A DNA stretch of 64,000 bases from Eledone cirrhosa (taxonomy: Eukaryota), in contig OZ024744.1 in the NCBI GenBank assembly GCA_964016885.1, forward strand, positions 106,454,001-106,518,000, read 5' to 3'. The position numbers and the translations under genes are program-made. The notes under the pieces are model-generated. The model was not told the DNA's origin. It ran no database searches and saw only the letters and a list, made by a program, of their open reading frames with translations. This document shows, in pieces, positions 39,401-51,357 of the stretch; the stretch's first letter is position 1; each line of letters begins with the position of its first letter.

Positions 39401-39785
39401 TCAACAGTAGAGAGGTCCAGTGGATTTACTGAAAGTGTTGTAGCTAAAGTGAGAGAAGTTGAGAAAGATGTTACCCCTACTGATAACGAAGGGTTTCTCT
39501 CTGAAAGAGAAGGGTAAAGGTAAAGTATATGATGTATGACTGTGAGATGTGAGCCTTGAGTACAGAATACCTACAGTGGCTTAAAAGAAATAAGGCATAC
39601 ATGTTTCACTGGATATGTGATTGTTAGTGTGTGAACTGAGAGAGAAGCTGAGTATGTACCCCTTCCATACACATGCACACGTGTGTATCATGACTCATGC
39701 ACTGTAGGAACTGAATGTAGTATACATGATAGACAATTGCACTGGTATGGTCATGTGATGTGTAAGCAGTGTGTTGTACAGAAAA
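39400..39785 (+). mobile_element. Degenerate RTE LINE fragment
   Basis: GTTACCCCTACTGATAACGAAGGGTTTCTCTCTG is homologous to LLPLLTKKGFSL in the 62250-62960 ORF. An LHWYGHVM remnant is also present. Confidence 0.65.
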
Positions 39786-39942
39786 AAAGGACTGAGCATC
39801 CCCCCCATGACTCCATCATGAGTTCAGCACCCATGGATGGATGGATGGATGGATGGATAAACTTTAATAAGGAAATAGTAAAAGAAAATGACATATATTT
39901 CGTTTAACCTTGAAAATGTCTTCTTTTTTTTTATATTGTCAG

Positions 39943-40091
39943 TTACTGAAGAAGAAGAAAACTTTAGAATTTCATGAGAATGTTAAACATATCAACATGT
40001 TAATGAATAAAGACCTGGAGAATCTCAGGAAGAAAGAAGAAGATTGTAAATTTAGTCAATTGGAAAGATTACAGGATCTATACAAACAGAG
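39943..40091 (+). CDS. GLE1: Coding exon 3; LLKKKKTLEFHENVKHINMLMNKDLENLRKKEEDCKFSQLERLQDLYKQ (coiled coil)
   Basis: Acceptor ttttttatattgtcag and donor CAGAG|gtattt. Phase 0 to 2; helical E/K-rich sequence. Confidence 0.72.
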
Positions 40092-40174
40092 GTATTTCAG
40101 TTTTATCATACACTCTTCTTTAATATTTCATATATTTGCCAGTCAGTGGTCTCCATTAAATGAATTTGTGTGTG

Positions 40175-40201
40175 ATCATCATCATCACCATCATCATCAA
40201 C

Positions 40202-40251
<50 letters not shown>

Positions 40252-40535
40252 CCATCACCATCATCACCATCGTCATCACCATCATCATCATCATCACCAT
40301 CATTGTCATCATCATCGCCATCACCATCATCATCATCATCATCACCATCACCACCATCATCATCATCATCATCATTATTGTCATCGTCATCATCATCATT
40401 GTCATCATCACCATCATCGTCATCATCATCATCATTATCACCATCATCATCATCATCATCATCACCATCACCACCAACATCCTCACTACCACCTTCATTA
40501 CCACCATCACCACTACCACCATCATTACCACCACA
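40175..40535. repeat. (CAT/CAC)n microsatellite
   Basis: Direct reading. Confidence 0.95.
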
Positions 40536-41039
40536 TGTTATAATGTGAGGTGAGGCAAGTCATTTGACCTGTCTCATACCTTTCATATTTTTCTTTAATC
40601 TTCTATGACTGGATTCCCTTCCAAGCACTGACCACTTTGCAGCGTGCACTGGGTGGGTGCCATTTGTCATGGCACCAGGAGTAGAACAACAACAACAACA
40701 ACCTCGTTGTTATATTGATATTTGTAGAGACAAAGATTTAGTGTATAATGTTTTATAGATAATCAGTTGAAATCTACTGTAGATGTTTCAGGAAAAACAC
40801 TTTATTCCACGTGTCACAGCTTATTTGGAGATGTGGTTTAATGGTTAGGGTGTTTGATTCAAGAATAGGTTTGTTTCATGGTGCTATGTTATCTCATAGT
40901 CCCAGCAGACAGAATTGTGAATATGTTACCCCCAGAAGATAGTGGAGGAAGTGTGTTGAAAGAGCTACTCCAACACTACCATTTCCTACCAAAATAAATA
41001 CAAATGTAGACAAAAATCATTATTTATATAAAGTGATCG

Positions 41040-41240
41040 TGTAGGTGTCATGATAAAAAGCATCCAGCACATGCTGTAAATGTGATTGGCGTTAGGAAGG
41101 GCATCCAGCCATAGAAAACCAACCAGAAATGGTTCAATATGAGTGAGACTTGGTCACCCAACCCAACTTGCCTCTAAATAGGACAAACCCGTCTAACCCG
41201 TGCTAGCGTGGAAGATGGACATTAAACGATGATGATATAA
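41040..41240 (+). mobile_element. Degenerate SINE 3' half (family A/C domain plus RTE tail)
   Basis: TTGGCGTTAGGAAGGGCATCCAGCC...GCTAGCGTGGAAGATGGACATTAAACGATGATGA. Confidence 0.65.
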
Positions 41241-42207
41241 ACACTTATCAATCGTATATATAGTAAATATTAGCAAGGTTGCACACAGAAAAACAGATAT
41301 GCAGGACAAACAAACATAAGAATTTAACTTCATCAGCCACACTTTGGAAAATACAATTTTGTGTATAAAAGTGGAATTACATTGTTATTACATCCAGACT
41401 GGACATTGGCTTGAAAGAAGAAGCCACTGGAAAGATTCATGTGATACAGTATAACAACATAGAAACCAACAGTAGCTGGAAAATACAAGAGAAACAACAC
41501 ATGGACAACGAGATTACAGGGAAATAAATAGGTTTATAAAAAAAAAATGAGAAAGTTTTCCAACTGGAATAAACAACAAAGAGAATGTATATTCAGATGG
41601 TCTTACAGCTGGAACAAAGCAGGAGATGCCACATGTAATGTGTCTTTTGAATATAACAAATATTGAAGAGAGAACATAAACAGATATAGAAAAGTCTCAT
41701 AACTGGAACAAAACAAAAGACAGTACACTGTAAGCTGTACATATATGTAATGCAAGAAAGAGAGAAATAATTAGGACTCTTCTTTAAGAACAATTGGCAC
41801 CACTGTGGAGAGACCTCCATCTTGTAATGGACAACAATTACATATTTCTCTTCTATGAATCCAAAGTTTCATATTTATTTAAGAAATTGTTTTGTTATCC
41901 ATATACAAGGTGTATCAGAGAAAGAGACAGGACTGGGGTCATACACAAAATATGTCCTGTTAGTTTTCTTATACAGTTCATAGTTATGTTAGTAGGCAAC
42001 AAATTGACAGTCATTAGGGTGTCAGAATAAATATCTTATTTGTTTCTAACTCGTAAATCTGAGCTAGAATCCTGACATGGTCAGTTTTACCTTTCATCCT
42101 CAGGGTTGATAAATGAAGTATCAGTTCAGTAGTGGTGGATTCAAACAGGATGCTATATAGTATTTGATCTAACTATGTGTATTCTCAGTTCCAATCCCAC
42201 CTCCTTC

Positions 42208-42575
42208 TGCCAGGAGTTGTGACTGACAGATAGTATCAGTAATGGAAAGACCAATGGAAACATTGTTTCTTTGGTCTGATCTGATGATCAACTCCTTTCT
42301 ACTGCCAGGAGTTGTGACAGATAGTATCAGTAATGGAAAGACCAATGGAAACATTGTTTCTTTGGTCTGATCTGATGATCAACTCCTTTCTACTGCCAGG
42401 AGTTGTGACAGATAGTATCAATAATGGAAAAACCAATGGAAACATTGTTTCTTTGGTCTGATCTGATGATCAACTCCTTTCTACTGCCAGGAGTTGTGAC
42501 TGACAGATAGTATCAATAATGGAAAGACTAATAGAAACATTGTTTCTTTGGTCTGCTCCAATGATCAGCTCCTTT
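42208..42575. repeat. ~91-95-bp tandem repeat, ~4 copies
   Basis: TGCCAGGAGTTGTGAC...GATCAACTCCTTTCTAC. A single diverged copy lies at ~1590-1675. Confidence 0.9.
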
Positions 42576-42582
42576 TTGTTTA

Positions 42583-42985
42583 TACGTTTTACGTTCATTC
42601 TTCCACGCTAGCATGGATTGGATTGGTTGTCTTGTTGTGGGCAATGCCAGGTCGGGTGACCTTGTCTTGCTCATACGGGAACTGATTTTGGCTTGATTTC
42701 TGCAGCTGGATGCCCTTCCTAACACCAACCTCATTTACAGTGAGTACTGGGTGCTTTTTTACCGAGGCACCGACACGACCAATTTACAGTGTGGACTAGG
42801 TGTTTTTTTTGTCGTGACACATCCATGAACCACTTTGCAGTGGGAGGGGGTGGGGGCATATTGTCTATATGCTTCAGCTTTGGCTTGTACCCGTGGGAAG
42901 TTGGGTCTTCTGTATTACTGCGTAACACCAGAGGTAACGGTCCTGTGTCATCGCCTTTGAGAGGTGCAATTGGGCAATATACATA
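42583..42985 (-). mobile_element. SINE-like element, family C (shares the GTTAGGAAGGGCATCCAGCTG domain and RTE tail with family A)
   Basis: Closely matches 63330-63710 and carries internal short tandem duplications of the CCACTTTACAGTG unit. Confidence 0.75.
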
Positions 42986-43032
42986 TATGTGTGTGTGTGT
43001 GTGTGTATATATATATTTTTTTTTTTTTACAG

Positions 43033-43093
43033 TAATGAAGAAATTGTGAAGAATCAGAAAGAAAGATGTGAACAACATACATATCACAATGAG
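43033..43093 (+). CDS. GLE1: Coding exon 4; (S)NEEIVKNQKERCEQHTYHNE
   Basis: Acceptor (t)n-acag and donor GAG|gttaga. Phase 2 to 0. Resembles recalled human GLE1 [21 protein letters not shown]. Confidence 0.7.
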
Positions 43094-43857
43094 GTTAGAA
43101 TTTTTCAATGGAATTTCTCTATTTTAATTTTTAGACTGCATGGAACTTTTTCTGAAAAATAATATATATATATATATAATATATTTATCTTCCACTTCCC
43201 TTCTTGCAAGGTATACTTGTCACCCAGCTTCTCTCCTAACCTCTTAGTGTTCTCTACTTCCTCCATCACACCATTTTTTCCATGCCTATCTTTGCCTTAA
43301 TTGTCTCCTCCACTTTACTGTTCCACCACCAAGTCACTCTCCTTCTCCCTATAGACCTGCTCCAGCCACAGATTTCATTTGTCCCCTTCAGTAGGTTATC
43401 TTTCAGGAATTCCCACTGCTCCTCTATATTGTAGGTCTCTACTTGATCTTCCTTACTGTCAATAGCTAGTGTGGAAAATGGACGTTAAACGATGATGATG
43501 ATGATGATATATTTTTATATTTGGGGATGGTCATGTTGCCAGTATATATAATCATCAACATCTTACATACATACAGTTCCACATTCTACCAAGTGCATCT
43601 TGTCATGTCACCAGCACTAGGGAGGCTTTCATGTCCTTGACACAGCTGAAGAGTCCTCCCAACTCTTTATTTAGCAAGCTTTCTATGGCTGGATACCCTT
43701 CCTATCACCAACACTAGGGAGGCTTTCGTGTCCTTGACACAGCTGATGGGTCCTTCCAACTCTTTGGTTGGCAAGCATTCTATGGCTGGACACCTTCTCC
43801 AACCACTTTACACCATGTACTGGTCGTGTAGATTATTATTATTATTATTATTTATTA

Positions 43858-44472
43858 GGGTGGTGGATTGGCACTATTGGTAGAGGGTCGGACGCCAAGC
43901 AGAGAGTTACGGCCCTTTATGGTCTGAGTTCAAATACCGCCGAGGTTAACTTTGCCTTTCATCCTTACGGGGTCGATAAAATAAAGTACCAGTAATACAC
44001 TGGGATAATTGCTGGCCTTGTGCCAAAAGTAGAAACAATTATTATTATTATGGATTGGCAGTACTGGTAGAACATCAGGCAACATGCTTTGTGGCATTGA
44101 GTCGCATCCCTTTACGTTCTGGGTTCCAATCCCGCTGGGGTTAGATTTGCCTTTCATCCTTATGAGGTCAATAAAATAAAGAACTGGTAACACACTGACT
44201 TTGATTTAATCGACTGTCCCCTCCCCAAAATCTTTGGCCTTGTGCCTAAATCAGAAACCATTATTATTAGCATCCAAGGGCGGTGGATTGGCAGTATCGG
44301 TAGAGGGTCGGACACCATGCTTTGCAGCGTTGTTACGTCCCTTTGCGGTCTGAGTTCAAATTCCGCCGAGGTTGACTTTGCCTTTCATCCTTACGGGGTC
44401 GATAAAATAAAGTACCAGTAATGCACTGGGATAATTGCTGGCCTTGTGCCAAAAGTAGAAACAATTATTATT
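43858..44472 (+). mobile_element. Cluster of three head-to-tail SINE family B copies
   Basis: Copies at ~43858, ~44051 and ~44278. The last is flanked by an ATTATTAGCATCCA duplication. Confidence 0.85.
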
Positions 44473-44489
44473 AGCATCCATGGGTCTGT

Positions 44490-45170
44490 GCTTGGAGAAT
44501 GTTGTGTCAGCTGCTGATGGTGGTGCAGTGTCTGCTGTGGCCCTACAGGCCTACACAGGAGTGACAGTCCTGTGTACAGCAACTGCATTTGAAGATCTTC
44601 TCCTCCAGTGTTACTATGTTGTTCTTTTTTCAAGCACAATTTTCCCCAACTCCATGTTTCAGTTTCTCTTCCCCTCACTCCATCCCCTTGCGCAGTACTT
44701 GCCTCCAGCATGGGCATCATTAGCAACCTCGAAGATGAGGTTCCCTTTGTGCTCCTCTTGTGCCAATTGCCAGTTCCCCATACACCAAGTCATTGAGGAT
44801 CTTCCTGTCTGGCAAAACATTTACATGACCGAGCCTACACAGACAACACTGCTTGAGCAGGATGTATATGCTGGATATCTTAGCGTGTTGGTGACCCGGT
44901 CAGTCCACTTGCTATCCAAAATGTGTCTCAGGCGAGGAGTAAAGGCTCCTTGTCTAGCTGCTGTGGACACACGCCTTGTCGACAGCAATCTTGGTGTTAA
45001 TGGTCAGTTTTCTATTCTCCCAGACACTCTTGATCAACCTGGCAAATTTGGAGGTTGTTCATCTAACTCACTTATTGATCTTAGAGTCGAAGGAGAGGTT
45101 GTCAGTGATGGTAGATGAAGTCATGATCTACCTCCAGATCATAGTTATTAATGGTGATGGCAGTGTAGAG
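44490..45170 (-). mobile_element. Degenerate RTE/BovB-like LINE 3' fragment
   Basis: Minus-strand remnants such as LGHV..PDRKILNDLVYGELAIGTR, with multiple frameshifts. Confidence 0.65.
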
Positions 45171-45701
45171 AATAAATGAGAGAAATAGAAAGAGCCAAAT
45201 TAGAAGAGATGTAGATGTTTTATGCCTGGGATCTGCATGGAAATCATTTCAAGAGTTCATACCAATCCTGACAACAAGAGACAGGATGTTTAATTTGTGT
45301 TGTTGTATAGTTGTGACTGTTCGATCCCCAGGATTGAGGACAAATTGCAACGGGAGTGAAATGAAAAACTGGATATGTGATGTCAAAATCTGAAACTATG
45401 TCCACAAAGAGACTCCAGAAAAAAATTAAAGACACCAGCACTCAGCTCTGTTTTAAGATCATACAGATTGTGTTGGTTGGGACATGTGAACCATAGTGGT
45501 TGGTGGATACCAAGATTATGACCCCTGTTAGACAGGGCACCCACGTAAAACTTGGGAAGAAGTAATCTAGAACAAACACTCTGGAGAGTTGCATTGAAAG
45601 AGGCTACCAAATTGTCCAATGTTTGTTACAAGTAAAGAAGATATTAAACTAGTTGCTGATGATGATGATGTTTTAAATTTGTTTTTTGTTTGTGTTTTCA
45701 G

Positions 45702-45763
45702 AGTAATGTTCAAAAACTTAAGGAAATCAAAAGAAAACAGGAAGAGGCTGTCCAAAAAGACAG
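45702..45763 (+). CDS. GLE1: Coding exon 5; SNVQKLKEIKRKQEEAVQKD (paralog of exon 8)
   Basis: Acceptor tgtgttttcag and donor CAG|gtaaaa. Phase 0 to 2; a paralogous exon with the same splice sites lies at 59392. Confidence 0.75.
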
Positions 45764-46458
45764 GTAAAATATTCTTGATTAACCCTTTTTATAGCAAACT
45801 GCCTGAAACTACCTCTGGTTCTATTGATTTAACATTTTTTGAAATGTCTGAAATAGAATCTGGTTAATAAGATTTTATTCATTTTTCTCAATATTACTTT
45901 CATCTTCACATGCCTACATACGAAGTGTGATGCTGCATGGCAGTGAGACATGGATGGTCAATTCAGAGGATCAGAGGATATCCAAAGTCTGAAGAGAAAA
46001 ATTGACTACATCAGCAATTGTACAGTCCTACTACTGCCTAGTATGTGTGTGTGTGGCGGGGGGGGTCTACCCTTTCCTCAGCTCTACCTAATTTATATGT
46101 ATGTATGTGTAAGAACCCCTCTCTGTTTCAGTTACTTTTGCAGAATTGCTGGCCTATGACATGTTTCCCAAATAAAAATGGAGAAGCTTCATATTCTACT
46201 TTATAAATTTCAGCAAAAGTTAAATTTGAAAATAAAAAAATATCTTTGTTAGGTACAATGAAACTTTGTGAGTTAACCAGAGAGAGCCTACTGTATTTCT
46301 ATATCTATGCAGTATTAAAACATATATTGAGTCCTACATTGGTTAATGATCTTCCTGCTTTTCTAACTGTTGGATTACAGTTGTCTGTTTATATAAACTA
46401 TTTAGATATCTGCTAATGCTCATATATTCTTACGTTTGCCTCTGATTTTTTTTGGCAG

Positions 46459-46730
46459 AGAACAAAAATTGGAACAGTTAAGAGAGGAGTCACAAAAATC
46501 AAAGTCACAAATTGAATTATTTTCGACAATGTTGAAGAAATGTCAAAATAAGGCATATCTAACAAACATCGATAAATATGAGAGTGCTATGGAGAATTTT
46601 AACACAATGGTTAATGACCTCCTGGCTCTTTCAGAGAGCACTGGAATTGTTACACCAGAACATCTTATCAAAGCAACGACAATACGGGAAGAGATACAAA
46701 ATGTTAACAAAATTATTAAACAGAATATTG
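46459..46730 (+). CDS. GLE1: Coding exon 6; (R)EQKLEQLREESQKSKSQIELF...KAYLTNIDKYESAMENFNTMVNDLLALSESTGIVTPEHL...KQNI (paralog of exon 9)
   Basis: Acceptor tttttttggcag and donor TTG|gtatgt. Phase 2 to 1, within ORF 46436-46774. The pattern matches recalled human GLE1 [38 protein letters not shown]. Confidence 0.78.
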
Positions 46731-46879
46731 GTATGTATTTTTATTCTTCTTTGTTGCTCTTATCATACATATAACTGAATGTAGGGCAAGGGTGCACTTC
46801 CTCTCCTTTCCACTTTTATATATAGACTAGAATGTTACCCAACATATGGCAGGTATTATGGCCAATATACCACAATAGG

Positions 46880-47990
46880 TAACAGTAGGTGATGTGACAC
46901 AGGTAAAATATTTATAATTTCATGGAGTCCATATTTATAAACTAAAGTGTTACCTGTTATAAACTAGTATGTTACCTATTGTAATTTTAGGTGTGTACTT
47001 ATGTCACTGTAGCTAACAGTAGGTGATGTGACACAGGTAAAATATTTATAATTTCATGGGGTCCATATTTATAAACTAAAGTGTTACCTGTTATAAACTA
47101 GTATGTTACCTATTGTAATTTTAGGTGTGTACTTATGTCACCGTAGCTAACAGTAGGTGATGTTACACAGGTAAAATATTTATAATTTCATGGAGTCCAT
47201 ATTTATAAACTAAAGTGTTACCTGTTATAAACTAGTATGTTACCTATTGTAATTTAAGGTGTATACTTATGTCACCGTAGCTAACAGTAGGTGATGTGAC
47301 ACAGGTAAAATATATATAATTTCATGGAGTCCATATTTATAAACTAAAGTGTTACCTGTTATAAACTAGTATGTTACCTATTGTAATTTTAGGTGTGTAC
47401 TTATGTCACCGTAGCTAACAGTAGGTGATGTGACACAGGTAAAATATTTATAATTTCATGGGGTCCATATTTATAAACTAAAGTGTTACCTGTTATAAAC
47501 TAGTATGTTACCTATTGTAATTTTAGGTGTATACTTATGTCACCGTAGCTAACAGTAGGTGATGTGACACAGGTAAAATATTTATAATTTCATGGGGTCC
47601 ATATTTATAAACTAAAGTGTTACCTGTTATAAACTAGTATGTTACCTATTGTAATTTTAGGTGTATACTTATGTCACCGTAGCTAACAGTAGGTGATGTG
47701 ACACAGGTAAAATATTTATAATTTCATGGGGTCCATATTTATAAACTAAAGTGTTACCTGTTATAAACTAGTATGTTACCTATTGTAATTTTAGGTGTAT
47801 ACTTATGTCACCGTAGCTAACAGTAGGTGATGTGGCACAGGTAAAATATTTATAATTTCATGGAGTCCATATTTATAAACTAAAGTGTTACCTGTTATAA
47901 ACTAGTATGTTACCTATTGTAATTTTAGGTGTGTACTTATGTCACCGTAGCTAACAGTAGGTGATGTGACACAGGTAAAATATTTATAAA
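46880..47990. repeat. 134-bp tandem repeat, ~8.3 copies
   Basis: Unit starts recur at 46880, 47014, 47148 and so on to 47952. Confidence 0.95.
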
Positions 47991-48487
47991 CCCACACCAA
48001 ATTGTAAAATAAGAAATTAAGAAATGGTGTATTTATTTCCAAGAATGTGTATTCCAGGCAAACATTGCTTCATATAAATATTCCTTATTTATTTCCAAGT
48101 TCTTGTATATGTTTGTGTGTTAGTGTTTGTATATCAATGAGAATATATTTAATGGTCCAAGGGTATCAGACAGAGATTACACATGCTCAAATATAGTAAT
48201 GTATATTTCAGTCCACAGAAACTCTCCCGTTGGACAGCATCATTTATAGGGTTGGTTTTTGCTAATCATTTCTGTATTTAATTAATGAAGAATTTTGAGG
48301 GATTTACTAAAATTATTAATTATTTCATTACTTAACATAAAATGATGCTGGAAAGTTTTGTTTGATAGGAACACAGGCAGTTTTGGCTGGTTTATTACCA
48401 AAAGGTGATAACCTTACAAATACTATCGTGTGGAAGGACCCTTCCGATGTATCAAAGTCACAACTGCTCAATGTTAACTGGTTTAGT

Positions 48488-48957
48488 GGTAGGAAGGGCA
48501 TCTAGCTATACAAAGCTTGCCAAACAAGGGTTGTGAGGACCCTTCAGTTGTGTCAAGGACATGAAAGCATCCCTAGTGCTGGTGGTAGGAAGGGCATCTA
48601 GCCATAGAAAGCTTGCCAAACAAGGGTTATGAGGACTTTTCAGTTGTGTCAAGGACATGAAAGCATCCCTAGTGCTGGTGGTAGGAATGGCATCTAGCCA
48701 TAGAAAGCTTGCCAAACAAGGGTTATGAGGACTTTTCAGTTGTCTCAAGGACATGAAAGCATCCCTAGTGCTGGTGGTAGGAAGGGCATCTAGCTTGCCA
48801 AACAAGAGTTGTGAGGACTCTTCAGTTGTGTCAAGGACATGAAAGCATCCCTAGCGCTGGTGGTAGGAAGGGCATCTAGCTATACAAAGCTTGCCAAACA
48901 AGGATTGTGAGGACCCTTCAGTTGTGTCAAGGACATCACAGCCTCCCTAGTGCTGGT
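48488..48957 (-). repeat. 96-bp tandem repeat, ~5 copies, SINE-derived; ~2 copies in the opposite orientation at 43610-43810
   Basis: The unit contains GGTAGGAAGGGCATCTAGCCATAGAAA, the SINE A/C domain. Confidence 0.9.
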
Positions 48958-49014
48958 TATCTACACAATAAAGGAACCCAGTACATGCTGATCTAATATT
49001 TTTGATTTATTTAG

Positions 49015-49109
49015 AAAGGGCAAACCAAAAAGGAAAAGAAGAGGAATCGTTGAAAGCTCAACAGTTAACATCACCTGTAAAGGTAACTAATGAACAGGAG
49101 ACTTCCACG
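49015..49109 (+). CDS. GLE1: Coding exon 7; (E)RANQKGKEEESLKAQQLTSPVKVTNEQETST
   Basis: Acceptor tttgatttatttag and donor ACG|gtaaat, with an alternative in-frame donor AAG|gtaact at 49083. Phase 1 to 0. Confidence 0.7.
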
Positions 49110-49174
49110 GTAAATATACACCTGTCTTATTTCTTTTAGTAATGTAACTTTCTTTATCATTTACACAGGTACCT

Positions 49175-51350
49175 GTTGGTGGTGGTGGTGTGCTGGTGGT
49201 GGTGGTGGTGGTGGTGGTGTTAGTTGTTGGATATGGTGGTGGTGGTGTTAGTTGTTGGATATGGTGGGGGTTGTGGTGGTGTTAGTTGTTGGATATGGTG
49301 GTGGTGGTGGTGGTGTTAGTTGTTGGATATGGTGGTGGTGGTGGTGGTGTTAGTTGTTGGATATGGTGGTGGTGGTGGTGGTGGTGTTAGTTGTTGGATA
49401 TGGTGGTGGTGGTGGTGGTGTTAGTTGTTGGATATGGTGGTGGTGGTGGTGGTGTTAGTTGTTGGATATGGTGGTGGTCGTGGTGGTGGTGTTAGTTGTT
49501 GGATATGGTGGTGGTGGTGGTGGTGGTGTTAGTTGTTGGATATGGTGGTGGTGGTGGTGGTGGTGTTAGTTGTTGGATATGGTGGTGGTGGTGGTGTTAG
49601 TTGTTGGATATGGTGGTGGTGGTGGCGGTGGTGGTGTTAGTTGCTGGATATGGTGGTGGTGGTGGTGGTGGTGTTAGTTGTTGGATATGGTGGTGGTGGT
49701 GGTGGTGGTGGTGTTAGTTGTTGGATATGGTGGTGGTGGTGGTGGTGTTAGTTGTTGGATATGGTGGTGGTGGTGGTGGTGGTGTTAGTTGTTGGATATG
49801 GTGGTGGTGGTGGTGGTGTTAGTTGTTGGATATGGTGGTGGTGGTGGTGGTGGTGTTAGTTGTTGGATATGGTGGTGGTGGTGGTGGTGTTAGTTGTTGG
49901 ATATGGTGGTGGTGGTGGTGGTGGTGTTAGTTGTTGGATATGGTGGTGGTGGTGGTGGTGTTAGTTGTTGGATATGGTGGTGGTGGTGGTGGTGTTAGTT
50001 GTTGGATATGGTGGTGGTGGTGGTAGTGGTGTTAGTTGTTGGATATGGTGGTGGTGGTGGTGGTGTTAGTTGTTGGATATGGTGGTGGTGGTGGTGGTGG
50101 TGGTGGTGGTGTTGGATGTGGTGATGTTGTTGGATGTGGTGGTGGTGTTAGTTGTTGAATGTGGTGGTGGTGGTGGTGGTGGTGTTAGTTGTTGGATATG
50201 GTGGTGGTGGTGGTGATGGTTGTGTTAGTTGTTGGATGTGGTGGTGGTGGTAGTGTTAGTTGTTGAATGTGATGGTGGTGGTGGTGTTGTTGGATGTGGT
50301 GGTGGTTGTGGTGATGGTGGTGTTAGTTGTTGAATGTGGTGGTGGTTGTGGTGTTGGTGGTGTTAGTTGTTGGATGTGGTGGTGGTGGTGGTGATGGTTG
50401 TGTTAGTTGTTGGATGTGGTGGTGGTGGTGGTGGTGGTGGTGTTAGTTGTTGGATGTGGTGGTGGTGGTGGTGGTGGTGGTGGTGTTAGTTGTTGGATAT
50501 GGTGGTGGTGGTGGTGGTGTTAGTTGTTGGATATGGTGGTGGTGGTGGTGGTGTTAGTTGTTGGATGTGGTGGTGGTGGTGGTGGTGGTGGTGGTGTTAG
50601 TTGTTGGATATGGTGGTGGTGGTGGTGGTGTTAGTTGTTGGATATGGTGGTGGTGGTGGTGGTGTTAGTTGTTGAATGTGGTGGTGGTTGTGGTGATGGT
50701 TGTGTTAGTTGTTGGATGTGGTGGTGGTGGTGTTGGTGGTGGTGTTAGTTGTTGGATATGGTGGTGGTTGTGGTGATGGTGGTGTTAGTTGTTGGATGTG
50801 GTGGTGATGGTGGTGGTGGTTGTGGTGATGGTGGTGTTGGATGTGGTGGTGACGGTGGTGGTTATGGTGATGTTAGTTGTGGTGGTGGTGGTGGTGTTAG
50901 GTGTTGTGGTGGTGGTGTTAGGTGTTGTGGTGGTGGTGTTAGGTGTTGTGGTGGTGGTGTTAGGTGTTGTGGTGGTGGTGGTGGTGTTATTGTTGATGTG
51001 GTGTTAGTGATTGTTGTTGTGGTGACGGTGGTATTGGCAGTGGTGGTTGTGGTGGTGGCAGTGGTGTTGGTGATGTTGTGGTAATGGTGGTAATGGTAGT
51101 GGTTACGGTGCTGGCGGTGGTGGTGGTGGTGGTTGTTATCGTGATGGTGTTAGTTGTTGTTGGATGTGGTGGTGCTGATGCTGGTTGTTTGGTGGTGGTG
51201 GTGGTTGTAGTAATGGTAGTGGTGTTTCTAGTGGTGTTGTTGTGGTAATGGTGGTTCTGGTGGTGGTGGTGGTGGTGGTGGTGGTGTTATTGTGGTAATG
51301 GTGTTAATTGTTATGGTGCTGGTGGTGATTATGGTAGTGGCTGTGTAATC
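49175..51350. repeat. Compound (GGT)n / GTTAGTTGTTGGATAT repeat
   Basis: Direct reading; degenerates toward the 3' end. Confidence 0.95.
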
Positions 51351-51357
51351 GGTATTA

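Noticed and set aside
33678-39432. ORFs with (TTTLQSVLGVFYCGTN)n or (YRVYWVYFIMTPTLPL)n repeats
   Set aside because: These are translations of SINE-derived 48-bp arrays, with frameshifts and a SINE insertion.
40092-40548. Poly-Ser, poly-His and poly-Met ORFs
   Set aside because: They are a (CAT)n microsatellite downstream of the exon 3 splice donor.
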